A stretch of DNA of 62,303 nucleotides, counting the filler, from Dimargaris cristalligena (lineage: Eukaryota), in NCBI GenBank assembly GCA_003614675.1. It is 6 parts of 6 records of this genome, joined end to end, with 100 filler letters (N's around TTAATTAATTAA, not from the genome) between each part and the next. Parts side by side here need not be neighbours in the genome. Positions count along the whole stretch, not along the records: positions 10,451 to 20,771 come from ML003197.1; positions 20,872 to 31,187 come from ML003198.1; 4 more parts are not named here. One strand, written 5' to 3'. Positions within the stretch are counted from its first letter, which is position 1. Each line of letters starts with the position of its first letter. Both the position numbers and the translations under genes were made by a program. The notes beneath the pieces are model-generated. The model was given only the letters and a program-made list of their open reading frames with translations, was not told where the DNA came from and made no database searches. Shown in pieces: positions 11,103 to 24,350 of the stretch.

Positions 11103-14100
11103 CTAACGAACCAAAACAATTTGACAATCGTCCAACTTAGTACGGGACCAAATTCCGGTTTGAGGGTCGCGGGGTTGACGGGAGCTATTGGCGGTTAACT
11201 GGGTTGACTGGGATGCTGGCCGCCGGGAATCGCGGGAATTGCTCATCGCCATCGGTAACGGAGGGAGGGGATGCTGGCTGGCCAGAGGTCGTTTGGCATA
11301 TAACAGAAAATGGGAGGACTTGCGGCGCATTGGGGGATTGGACACGACTGGTCCACCACTTCCCCCCACCTGCGTCGAACCGGGCGAGTGGCCACGTCCC
11401 CTTGGCCCGTCCAATGTCCCGGAACAGGGGATATTAGTAGCAGTAGCAGTAGTAGGTGAGGTTCCGGTCGCTGCCGACGACGGTTCACCCTGGCTGGTAC
11501 CGGATGCTACCGCGGCCGATTTTTCCTCGGGTTCCAGCATGGCGAGACAGCCCAAGCGGGCCCAATTAATACGTTGCCGGTGCCAAACGAATTTCTCGTA
11601 ACGGCTGATGAGAGGGGCGTGGTCCCAGAGGCCGCGGGAGAGGTGCGAGAGGAAACCGACCAAATCACAGACCGTCACAATACGGTCCCGGCAGAACCGA
11701 TCAATACAATGGGTGTCCCACTGGTCGTCGTCATGGGCGCCAGCAGCGGGGGTGGTCGCGGAGGAGCTAGGTGGGGGATGGGGCGAGCCCGTATTCTGAC
11801 TGATGTGCGGGGTGGGCATAGGGTGGACGGCACTCGACTTACCCTTGCGACCCCAACGCAAATCCGAGGTAATGGCGCGCCAGCTCTTGCCTAACGTGCC
11901 GGAACCACCGAAGACCCCGGCCCCAACGGGTGATGCTGAATGGCCATCGGCCGGAGAGTTCAGTTTGGGGGAATTTCGGCCAACCAACTGCGTGAGCGGA
12001 TCGCTCGTAGTGCCACGGCTGGATGAAGTCGCCCGGCGGGGCACGCTTAATTTGTATTCGCATTCCCGTTCCTGGCCACATAGGGCACACACGGCGGTAC
12101 AGGGCGAGCGAAGGGCAGTCCCGGCAACGGACATATCGTGGATGGATACTCGCTGCTTGGCCGACCCACGTAGCACAATGGCATCCCCCTGCTTCGCCGC
12201 CTTTGGAGCTGGGAAAGTTTCGGTCGTGGGGGACGAAGCACCGGACCGGGCGATGATTTCGCACCGTTGGGTCAAAATGGCTTCAAGTAAATTAGCCTTG
12301 CACAGGCGGGCCGGGTTAGGATTGGAAGCAGCGGAAGATGGGGACGAGGCTTGGGACAACCAGTGACTGGTGACGGGATTACCCGTGTGACGAGCCACCG
12401 CGGCCGACCCTGAGCCCGGAATCATAAGACAGGGCTTGATATCCTCCTCCACAATCTGGAAGGCCATGGGGAGCTGATTCCAGTGTTGGGCCACGGTCAG
12501 TGAATCGGAATGAATATCTAATAAAAGAGACTCCTGGGCACCCCGGGTAGCTAGGCCCAGGGTAAAGTTGGCGAAGTCGGTATAGGTAATGGCGTCAAGG
12601 TGAACCGTAAGCGAGGGGGAGGAATGCTTAATGGACTCCCGACGGACCGGTAGCATGGCTGTAGGGACCGGGGGAGTGGTGCGCTGAGGTCCGCTTGAGC
12701 TGCGTTTATCGTAGGACAAGAGCCGGTCCAGGTATAGCATAGTGTCAGTGGCACCGAAGGGGTCAATTAAAGACTCCCGGGGCACGGGAGGAGCAGCTGG
12801 ACTGGCGTTGAGTTTGAAATGTTGGTCAATAGGGGAGGTCCAGGCGCCCAGTTCCTGCGTGGGCGACGAGAGAGGAGATACCATCAGAGAGAAATTGGGG
12901 GATATAGACAGGCGGGAGGGCCCTGAAGAAGGAGAGCGTAACGATATGGTACTTTGCGACCGCCGAAGTCGATCGCGGGAGTTTAAGCCGGAACGACCGC
13001 TCACCTGATGGAGGAGATTGACCCAGGTGTTTAGATCGCCAATAATACCAGCCGTAAGATGCTCAACCTTGGCTAAATCATTGTCGTCCAAACCATCCTC
13101 TAGAGCGGAAACACCGGGACAATACAAGTTGGAAATTGAGGTGCTGGTGGGGAATGAGACCGTGCTAGATAGGGCAGCGAATAAGCCATCAGCGGGGGCG
13201 GAATTGGTGGAAGCGAACTCGGGAGCCCCCACCGAAGCGATGGTAGACTTTGAGCCAGCCACGGGGGTTTTCAGGTCAGCACAATGGCCCTGATTTACCA
13301 TAAAGGTTTTAAGGTTCTGATGGAGCGGACTGAGCTGTTCGCGCAAACGACGGTACTGGTCTTCCGCGTAATCAACTTTAATGTGGGCTTCGGTCAACTG
13401 GAAGGCTAAGTCGTCCATGCCCCGACGGAGGGTATCCCGCTCCTCTTGCCATGTATTAATCAAACCCATGGACCGCCGGCACTGCCCACAGGAAGACGTC
13501 GATCCCAGACTCGAACTTGTCGAGGTAGAATGGGTAGGGGAATAAAGCGACGGAGTGGCAGACAAGGAGGTCATGGGCAAAGGTGCGAACGAAACCTGGA
13601 GACCCGAGCGGTCCGATTTGACTGACCGGCAGGGCGTATCGGACATCCAGCTGTTAGGGGTTAAGGCGCCGCTATCCTGGGAGCCACCGCAGGACAGACT
13701 AAATGAACTGGCGGGTGAGTTTCGGATGGGGGTCCAGTCGGAGGGACTGCGCGGGCTCACCGATGACCGAATCGGGGTGTGGGTGGCCGATTGTGATTGA
13801 TTGTGGTTCATGGGGGTGTGAGGTCCAGCGGGCGAGGGCACATTAATGCTTTCGGGGGTCGGTGGGTGGGATGGGCCGGGCTTTACGGGTGTAGACTTGA
13901 GCGTAAGTGAGTGACTGGCAGTCTCGACCGCCGGCGCGAGAGTTAATAATGGCGCCGCGGGTAGGTTTTCCACACTTTCGAAGATCTCGCTTTCTTCACT
14001 GGAGCAGTCTTCTTCGTCCTCCGACACATACGTGTCCAATAGAAACCGGTCCGCGGAAGCAACTGCAAGTAGCGGGCTTTCTTCCACCTCCTCGTCCTCA

Positions 14101-15465
14101 ATAGGCACTTGGCCCACTTCCAGATAACGCAAGGCCAATTCCACCGACCGGCGGACCTGTTTGGAAAGCCCCAGGGTTGGCCGGCTATTTTCCTCCAGTT
14201 CGGACGATTCTCCGGCTAGCCAGGGCTGGGTGTCACTGAGAATGGCCATGGCCTTTTTAGAAGCGTATTCAAGGCGACATGCTTTGAAATACAGAGCGTC
14301 AATCATGGCATTTTTGGCATCCAGGATTAGTTGGTGGGTCTGGCGTTCGCGATGGATTTTTTCCTCAAGGCACTGTGGAGTGGGTGAGCCATTGGACAAG
14401 GAAAAGGTGAGGTAGGACAAACGTATACACAGGGAGGGGGGAGCAATGGTAAATTGGAACAGTAAATTAGTATGGAGCGATTGGTGTGGCTAAAATGTAA
14501 ACAATAGGCATCATGCCCAAGGCGAGGAAGGGAAAGGAGATTCCAGCCGTAACCAAATGGAAGTGAAACCGTCCTCCCGGCGGAACTATAACTGGACGGG
14601 CATGGAGTGTGCCCACACCCACTTAAGGCCAGTGTTTAGTGAAGGTTGCCACTGAAATAGGCAGTGCTGTGGGCTAGGGGAATAAGCGACTGTGAGGGGG
14701 TTAGGTCACTGCCTGGTTGGCCTGGTTAGGTGGATTCGGTCTGGTTGAGCGACAGGGGCGACACTAACTGGGTCCTCAACTGACCGATTCACACCACACG
14801 CCCTATCCAACCCTGGCCATACCCATTGCCCAGTCCAGCCAGACTCACTAGCTGCTTCACATGTGTCAAATAATGACAGGGATCGAGTGGCTTGTTGCGG
14901 GCCATGCGCAATTCGATATTGGGGCTACACTGTCCCCCATCACTTGGGGATATACGCCTCGTTTTGCCTAAACCACGACAACAACCCACCCATTCCGCCA
15001 GGTTAGGACGGCGATGCAAATTAGAGGAAAAGGGCGGAGTTGGTAAACCCCAATCCAACCGCTCCAACATGTGTACCACCCGCTCATTATTCAAGCAGCA
15101 TGGCAACACAAAAGGGATGCGGGAGGTTTCGCCGCCCTTCTTCTATTGGACATCGGTGGCCATCCATAAGTCGCCCTGGAAGAGCCGCTTGCCACACTCT
15201 AAAATGTAAACAATTCCGACTTGTTCTTCCTAGGTCCCGCCATGGTCGGTAAAGCGGCAGCGGCAGCCCGATCCCTGGCGGAATAACCTACCCTCCCTTA
15301 TATTGGACTGAGACCCAACATGTAAATATTAGGTCGATGATGGTCGATTGATTAGCAAAAATAGAATCCACTTACACCCAGGTCGGCTTCGAGGTCTTCA
15401 GAACGGGTATCCAGGTGAGTGACGCCTTCAAAGAGAAGGTCCGAGAAGTTGGATGTGGCGATCAT
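11103..15465 (-). CDS. Sec2/Rabin8 (RAB3IP)-like protein; exons 15465-15376 and 14372-11103
   Basis: Exon 1 MIATSNF..DLEADLG (90 nt) ends at a GTAAGT donor. The CTCCACAG acceptor joins it in phase 0 to CLEEKIHRE. The C-terminal region has the Sec2/Rabin8 pattern DAITYTDF..F, EEDIKPCL, CALCG..CEYKL, FCRDRIVTVCDL.., RQRINWARLG. Confidence 0.75.
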
Positions 15466-18400
15466 TTTGGAGCAACCTTATGCTTCAGTTCTCTGTTGAG
15501 AATGATTCTTAATGGCGCAGGGACCGACGACGGCGTATAATGTTGGGAGAGGGGGATGGAGTAGTGCTCTCGGGCTGGGAGGGTAGGCGGCGTGCACCTG
15601 AATTCTGTAGGAGGAAGTTGTAAAGCTTGAGTGGATAATTAATCAAAGAAAATAGAGAGAAAAGTATTTTTTAAAAAAATTAGCAAATTGAACATCAATA
15701 CTCGTAAATAAAATGAGGAATCGGGTGGAGCTCGAGCGGGGGAATAGCCATTCAAAAATAGACTGCACCGAGACTAGATAGAGGAGGGAATAGTTCCTAG
15801 AGAAATAATACAACGGACAGGGAATGCCAGTGGGGCAGAGTGGGGTATATATAGTTTAATACAGATCCAAAGGGGAGGTGTCCCTGTCGATAAAGGGGGA
15901 AATACCTTCTTGGCGGGATGGAATCGCAGTACTAAACTCACTAGCCAACCATACGGCTGTGGGCTGATTCGATTACCCATCGTCGTGTAGAATCCAAAAC
16001 AACAACAATAGCTGTGTCAGTTAAGTGTATCTAAGGCCACTGCCATATAGGGAGAGACCTCTATTTCTCTTGGGCTAGGCTACAGTTCCCATTCAACTGA
16101 GTGGGCTCGGCTTTGGGTAAAATAAGATCAATGGTCCTTTGGTGATGAAGTATGTATATGTTTTGCTATTTAAATGGGTTGCGTATCGACTTATTTTCAT
16201 CCCTTCGATGGCTCGTTAAAGTAATACGTTGCACAACGCCTTTAAGCACCCAGTAGTCACTCGAGCTCATTGGTAAAGGCCAAGTAAGATAATGAATGTA
16301 TGGACTAGTTCGCCCGACATGCAAGCCACCCAAACAATCCTCCCACAATCTTGCCCTGGTTGCTAAAACCAAAACAAACCCCCAAGACCAGCTGTAGAAG
16401 GCAAGTAAGGCTGTGTTGCGGCCATTGTCGCATTATTTCCCACATGTACCGCCCCCTTATTCGGCTTAAACGACTAGGTCTGTTTGATTGAGCACACCGT
16501 AATATACTTTAACGCATCCTTTACTCCCTATAAGCCAGGGCTCTACTATGGTGCACCGGCTATCTATGTACGGTGACCTCATACGCTCCCCCATTATGGA
16601 CCATTGTCTCCCACCACCGCAGGGCTAGATCTAAATCTTACCAATTGTCCCACTACACTCGAGTATTGAACCCCCTCTCCCCTTCGCCTATTTAGTTAGT
16701 CGACTGCGAAACCTAGACGAATGCTTGCAGGGGTAAAGTAGCTGCCGCCCACTAAATGGTCTTTGGCCCCCCAATGTTATAGCACTGACATTCAAGAGAC
16801 TGTGGACATCCTAAACTGGACATGTTTGTATGGATGCCCAATGCCCCTGACTGGTAATGAAAGGGTGTAAAAGGGGGGTTTTAGCCAGGGATTGCCTTGC
16901 AATGCTTATTAGTCCGCCCACATGTAGGAGCCCAACACCTTAGTTATCCTTCTCCTCACTCCTAAACATCGCACACCTATATATATATTTATATATGTAC
17001 ACCCTCACAAAGATCTCCAAGTGGCTCCTACCCTTTTTGTTCCTGCACTTCGTTCTAAGATGAAATCACCGGCTCACAGATCGCGCTATCCATGTGAGCC
17101 CGCTGGCTCGGGAGATTAACCTTCTTTAGCCGCAGAGCAGATACTAAATCTATTCACATGACCATCAGTATTTCCTTTGCCGCCATCTATACTTTACAAA
17201 TCTAGTGCCCAGTGAATGTATTGCAGAGACCGGGCACTGGTGTATTACTGTGATAATGAGGTGGAGACGAGTACCGTGGCTGAAATTGAATTACATTGCA
17301 GAGTCCCCCAGATTTAAAGTTACAGTGTCAATGTCAATTGGCGTAGTGTGCAATCGCGAAACAGCTTAAAAGCATCTTCACAAAGACACAGAGTACATGT
17401 GTGTATAGAGAGAGTGTGTGTTATTTATTTATAACTATATGAAGTGTACTCCATAGCTTCCACTACCTATTACTATTCACAGTTAGTTATTAACACTCCA
17501 GAGCGTTGCCAGTATATCCGTGTAATGATTTGATAAGGTAGTAATGCAGACAATCGGGTGCTTGGTATGAGTCACAGTGGGCAAAACTCTCCCTGGAAAA
17601 CCGCTTCAGTAAACTCCTTGATTCAAGTTAAATGAGTATGACATAGCACTCGTCAATCTCCTTACTGCCTATACACCGTGGACTGTGACAGCAACCCAAT
17701 AATCTACATATCAACTAAATATATTTTACAGTTGACACCAGTGCCTAATCCGCCTTCCAGGAGGAATATCAAGGGGGTATTGATAAGTTTATTATAAAAA
17801 GCGTACCACTCTAGACTTACCCAATGTCATTAAGCCCAGTTACTAATATAGAATGGTGCTCTATTTGTTTAGGATGTTCGGCAACAATTGCCTTGTTTTA
17901 CTGAGGCGCATGTAGGCTTTGTAAATCCTGAAAATGGGTTTTAGTTAGTACTTTACCAAGTTAACCAATAGTGTATCCGACTTACATTTTCATAATCCCG
18001 ATATCTTTATCGGGGTTGGTACCCTGAAGAAAAGACTCGGAGCTTCCTTCAGAGGGGAGAAAATCAACATCCCGGTTTACAATTTGCAGTGATAGATGTT
18101 TGCACAAATAGACGGGGCATTTATTTATAAATAGTAATTAATGTCCCGCCAAATGGACTTTGTGCTATACAGCTGGGTTGCACCTCTCCCATACAGACTT
18201 AGCAAGAAGAAAATGATGCCCAATACCCCTATCTATTCACACCGATGCTGGCGGTGGAAGAGTAATACTGGCTAACACGCAATACTATGGGATTAAGGAG
18301 AGGGGGGGTAGAGCATACTTTATTTTGCAAATATATGAGAATCATACTACTTCAACTATTTTCACGATATATGAAGGCCATAATATCTACAGACTTAGAA

Positions 18401-19371
18401 AGCTCCAACTATAAAACCAAAATGGTATGACATTAGTAAATATTATCTGTATATTTAGCATATAAGTAAAACCCACCCAACTATATCCGCTTTTGAATGG
18501 CATGTATAAGGGAATGGAGGTGGGGTATCTCACAGGAATTATAATATCGGCCTCATACAACGGACTTGTTGTTATACTGCCAGATTGAACCCCTCCCTCC
18601 CCCCTTTCCTATTTTCATCTTGTATAACATCGAACTTTCTCTTTAGCTAATATATATGTGCAACTTTCTAACGCAGCTATATACAGGGTCTTTGATGAAA
18701 ACCGACAACCGAAAAGGGAGATTGTGTATTTAGCCAGTTAGACCAGCCATTTCAATATACAGTCGAGATGAGTCTTCCTCATATTAAAAAAAAAACATCC
18801 TCACGGATAATTAAATTATTTCTTTACAGTATTTCCCCTCTTTTCTAATTTTGCATAGCCTACTCAGCTACTTAGTTTTATAGCGACCTAAAGAACCTGT
18901 GGCTATTGCAGTAGTCCGACCACTTTACTTTCCAGCCCCTACCAAGTATATCTGCCGGTTTATTGATATATGCAGATACCGAGGCTATATAGTGCCTCCA
19001 CAAACTATCGGACTACAGACGTCATTCCCCATCCCCCAAATTAATATAACTTGTGCACTCAATATAAATTTATAGGCTCTCTCCGCCAGACCAGCTTGCC
19101 AGATTTGAATGACCAAGCAAAGATTCGGAGAAAAAATTTGTGCCGCCAATGCCTATCTCCATCCTATTTGTTCAAATTATCATCATTGGCCTGAATCGAA
19201 GTTTTCAAAAGACAAGGCATCACTAGTTACTCCACTGCTCTCTATACTGCTCACCCATGCCATACAGACTTGCTCCAATGAGAGACACAGATACACTTTG
19301 GTTTTGAATGGGACAGGGTATACCAAGTCCCCTCCTTTCAATAAAAGTCCCTAAAAACCTCCCTAAAGTCG

Positions 19372-20771
19372 ACCTCCAGTGACTCAAGTCCAAGAGTGGA
19401 CAATACAAAGAGATAGTGGGGTATCTTTGACTAATGTAAACATCTCTGAAGTGGTCTTGAATCACACCATTGTTCTAATTAGCACCCCAATGAGGAAAAC
19501 TCAAGGGAACTGGGGGAACATAGATGGGGGCCAAAAGGTAAAGTATGCACATACACCCTGGCAGACACTCATACACCATACATTTCCCAGTTGCATTTGG
19601 GAAAGCAAGTATTAGCAAGTCTCTTTTCTCACTCTCTCCCTGCATATTTGCCTAATAGGGAGATATTCAGACCATGTGAGCCACCTGAATTACTGTGGTG
19701 GTTAGATGCTTCTATACCAATGAAGAGTCTATACAGGTATGCCTTCTCTCAATTCAATGTCAGAAGTAGCCTTAACCAGCAGTTATTCAATAGGGAAACT
19801 ATAATGGAAAATGCCAGTAAATAGATGCCAAAGGCACCTATGAAAACCATGGGTGGGCATATAAATGAGTTTATTGGGACAGGTAAGCTAAGTGTAAACT
19901 AAGGAATAGGCAGATAGCAACTTAAGGTAGAATTATTATGTGAGGATAGTATTAGAGGGGTATCCTTAGAATCATCAACAGCAAAATATGAGTGAAGCCC
20001 AATAGTGCCAACTGAGAGAGGGGGGGATAGTATAACATTATGTTATCACACATCACCATTGGAACAGTGATGTGGCATGATAGGGTATGCTATAAGAAGC
20101 TAACAAGGGTAAGACTCAGTCCTATCAGGTTGGCTTATCCTACACAATAGGAATGTCCAGTGATTTGATTAGGAATAGAGTGTAACCATGAAGAGGCCAA
20201 TAATAAAATAGGTATTCAATGCCTAAACCTAGCCACCCCCTTTTAATTTACCTTACCACTGGCATCTCAGACTGATAATTCCCCCAAACCAGCACCTACC
20301 AAAATGGGTTTATAAGAATACTTTTTCTGCCCCTAATATTCCTCCAACCCACTGTTTTCCCTCATATTTACCCATTTTCTTACCATTTACTATACTAGTA
20401 TTACCCAGACTAACTACTCTTAGTTTATCAAGAGTCCTAAGGATAGGCCTCTAATAGTAAGTGGGCCTTAGACTTAACTAAGTGGGCTACTAGTGTTAGG
20501 TTGGGGGCATAGTACTAACTAATAAAGGTTACTAGATGCAGGTATACATAAGGGACATGCAGTGAGCACACTTACTAGTCAATACAAGGGGGGTGAGCAT
20601 ATATATGGTTTATTAGGATAAATTAGGGGGTAAGAAATAAGCTAAGGTGTAAAGAACTGAAATCAAATCCTTGAAAACTGAACTTTATTTAAAAATATAG
20701 ATGATAAGAAGGGAAAGGTGATGATAGACTTGCTGTTCCAAGAGGTGGCAGTAAGGGGGAGTATTTATACT
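19372..20771. repeat. CpG-free, TpA-rich non-coding island (probable heavily mutated repeat)
   Basis: I found no CG dinucleotide in 1400 bp on manual reading, although GC, CC and GG are common. No recognisable ORF. Confidence 0.55.
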
Positions 20772-20871
20772 NNNNNNNNNNNNNNNNNNNNNNNNNNNNN
20801 NNNNNNNNNNNNNNNTTAATTAATTAANNNNNNNNNNNNNNNNNNNNNNNNNNNNNNNNNNNNNNNNNNNN
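20772..20871. other. Artificial contig spacer
   Basis: N44-TTAATTAATTAA-N44. Confidence 0.98.
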
Positions 20872-21027
20872 GATTCGGCCAATATTACTAGTTAAAAATA
20901 CATTTCCCATATATTTTCCCATACACGTATAATGTAAACCTTATATAGCTGGGCCGAGTTTCGCCCATATTATATTGACATGGTATGCTTAGCCATACGG
21001 TATGGCGATAAAAATATTACAACTTAC

Positions 21028-22476
21028 AGTATCACACTGGTCGCAGTGCCAGTGGTTGTCGGCCTGTTCACCTCGCTTTAGCACTCGATGGCAGGCAGGG
21101 CACCGGGTATTGTTTCTCGCGCAGAAGGTGGCGTGCAGTTCGTAGCTCCGCGATGGTACGGTGGTTTGGCAGTTAGGACAGGTCTTCTGGTCGGCCGATT
21201 CATCCACTGGAGCAGGTGTCAACAGATGATCTGACTCTACTTCACCGAAAGGTTCCCGAGTAATACGGAGCTGGTAGCTAACGGGGCCCGCCATGTCGGT
21301 GGAATCGAGCTCATCTATGAAGCGTATGATGTTAATTTGAAACTCCCGGGAAGGGTTGCGGGTATTATCAACAGCAATATCAAGCTGTTTGGTTGTTTGC
21401 GAGGAAAAACTTGCAACTAGGTGGTCTCGGTAGGAAGCGGGCTCGGTACCGGGCTGGACAAAAATATCGACAGATCCGTCGGAGGCCTCGAGCCACAGAT
21501 GGATGTGGGGTATATCCGAATCGGCCTGGAATCGCCACGCATGGCTACGGCGTTGCTGGGATAGGGTGCCACGGACGGGCCGGTCCAATTTAATAGTACC
21601 TTGATTATCGGTCGCTTCTACACCATCCATAGCCGAGGCATTGTCCTGGTTCGGCAGACTCGAGCTTGTTGGCGACAAGCCCTGGGACTCGAGGGTTGAA
21701 CCTTGCGGTTCACTTGGTTCAGTGGACGATGGATCAATACCAATTGGTTCCTGGAACGGAATAATGTCCACCGCAATATCCGTATCAATCACGGTGGCCG
21801 CGGGACCGGGCTGGACCTGCTCGACTTCGAAACGATAGTTGTGGCGACCATGTGGTACGGTAATAATGTCGTGAGTCGCCAAAGTAGTAAAATTCGAACG
21901 CAAATGGGCTTCGAGGGCCGCACGGAGATCTCCGATGGAACGATAGCCAGCATCGAGCGGACGGAGTTGGGCCCCGGTAGCCTTGGGTAGGACAATCAGC
22001 TCCAATTCCACGGCTTCGCCGGGAGCGGAGGCCAAGGCCTCCATGAGGCGAAGCGGGGCCAGTAAGGGGGAGTAATGTTCAGAAGCGCTTGCGGAATTGG
22101 TGACCAGGTCTCCCAAGGGCTCGGCGGAGAATTCCTCGACGCCAGCATATGCGATGTTATGGCTGCGGGGATTCCGAACGGTAAATGTGAGGGGGTGGGG
22201 TAATTCCCGGTTGCTGGCCAAGGGCCCCGCTGAATTGGAAATAGGGGCGGAAACGCCAGGCCAGGGAGCAGCGGCGTAGGTATTGGAGTGGGCCGAGGGG
22301 GCTAATGACGACCGACCATGAAGTAGGGCTTCTAGAACGGAGGCAGGTAAAACGAGGCGGTCGGTATTGAGGAGGTTTCGACGATTCCCCGACGCCTGCC
22401 GGAGAGCAGTGCGGCCTTCATGGGGATAAATCAGGAAAATTTGTCGAAAGGACAGGGTGGTGGAATTCGAATCCAT
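21028..22476 (-). CDS. UFD1-domain paralog with TRAF-type zinc finger (exon 1; 3' end cut by the contig end)
   Basis: UFD1 motifs DRLVLPASVLEAL, HPLTF..YAGVEEFSA, LPKATGAQLRP, ALEAHLRSNFTTL, IDTDIAVDI. Then CPNCQTTVPSRSYELHATFCARNNTRCPAC and HWHCDQC. GTAAGT donor at 21027. Confidence 0.85.
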
Positions 22477-24350
22477 GGCTAAAAGATGGCGTTAATGGAA
22501 TGAATGGAGGAACTATAAAACGGGTAATGCGAGGTAGAAAACAGTGTAGGGGAGAGAAGGGATAAAAGTGCTAGGCGAACTGGGATGCTGAGAAGATAAT
22601 GAAAGGGAAGGGCATACATGCGGGGCGGCCTGCCTGGGCTGAGTCAGCAAGCAAGAATATCAGCCAAAAAACCTGAATGATAAACTCGCGGTATCTACCA
22701 GTTTAGCTCCAGCGGTTCGGGATTATAGTACGATATGGGAGTAGTTCAACAAGGCTGTATAACAAAGAATCCATTTGATGAGGCAAGTACTACTGGTTGA
22801 AAAGAAACATCCCACCGATTTTCCCATACACATATCGGCTAAAACCTTATACAACCAAGCTGAACTTCACCCATATTAATTTATGTTCAGATTTACTCGC
22901 GCTTTAAGTGGGTAGTACCGTGGCAACGGACAGTGGGTACATACAATTGGGGGACCTAGAATATTCCCATGGTATCGGGAAAGTTCTTTCACTTGGGGCA
23001 ACTTCGTTAGCCATCTAGTGTGTTATGTCTATGCAGAATGACATTGGGTCAATAATTTACCTGATCCTTCGGGGCGGGAGAGAACAATATTATAATAATG
23101 GATAGCAATAGCTTAGAGGCCCACGTACCCAGAGGCATTCCTATTAAACGAGGGGTTTAAAGAGATTGTAAATTGAGAGGCATGTTTTCAGGGCCGCAGT
23201 TGGTGTGAATCGGTTAAGACTGGATATCTGTTTTGGTTAAAGAAATCGTCGGCCTGAAGTGGCTAGCTAGGCTTACTATAGTAGAACATACTCAAGCCGT
23301 CTTTGTATTTAATTGAATCGCGTTTTCTCCAAGGGATGGGGCACTGACTTACTGGCCAGAACGGACCTATTGCGTCACCAAACCACCATCCAGCCTGGGA
23401 ATTGGTCGGGCCTGGCCGGCCAGCTGGGTGGGCATTGGTCGAAACGCATCGATTATCATCGTCGGTTTAAATGACCCCGTGGGACTCGATTGGTGTATTT
23501 AACGGGTTTCCCAAAGTCCTGGAACTATTTCCAGGACCTGCCGAAGTCCGAAGCAAGGGGCGGCGGACGCTTCTCCCGAAATCCGGTATTGTAAAAATAA
23601 CCAGGCGTGCTATAGCCGATCCATCATCACACCATTCTCCAGCCACATGGTGTCATCTATCTGGCATTAAGGCCCTGGCCAATAGAGGGCGGCGACTATC
23701 CGTTGATTGCGGGGGATACGAATACACGAGTTGACGGATTTGGACATGTGCAACTCCAATATAGGGTGAAAACGTCTATTGCACCATTTAATTACTCACT
23801 AATGCCATCGCTAAATTCTGGGCAGCGTAAGCCGGCATGGACTAAGCAGAGAGAGTCTTCTCGTTGATTATTGCTAATTAGGCTTATATAACTGCCCCCC
23901 ATAATGTAGGAGGCGCCCGTTGTTAGTATAAAACGTCACCGCCATTTATCTTCTACCAGCCAGAGTCATTGAAAATTCATTGACATTTTCCGTAGCCTCC
24001 CCCGCCTATTAGATATTGCCCCCCCAGATTAAGCTCTCACTTACAATACGATTCGTAGTAGTAATTAATTGTAAACTTCATAGTCTTTGGGACTTTTGGC
24101 ATCTTCCATGTCCAATACTCTTCCCTCCTACTTCCTGTTTTCAACTTTTCTCCTATTAGCGCGACCATTTCTTAGTGTAACCCTCTCCATCTGTACTTCT
24201 ATATCGTCAGGTTCTACATACGCGCGCAGACGCCCTTCCTTAGTTTATAGCCTACGTTCCCCAGCACCTTCCGCAGTTATATATATATATTGGATACTTT
24301 TATATCGAAAAAGCCGCATTGCCCCGTTTACAGTCCGGCCCATTTTTGAC

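Noticed and set aside
11188..14415. Many antisense and alternate-frame ORFs over the Sec2-like gene (likewise over DUG2, RVS161 and PHO81)
   Set aside because: These are shadows of GC-rich coding sequence with no independent motifs.
24087..24350. Hydrophobic N-terminal extension of Dug2
   Set aside because: It starts at TTG and has pyrimidine- and TA-repeat-rich, UTR-like composition. Dug2 is a cytosolic protein.
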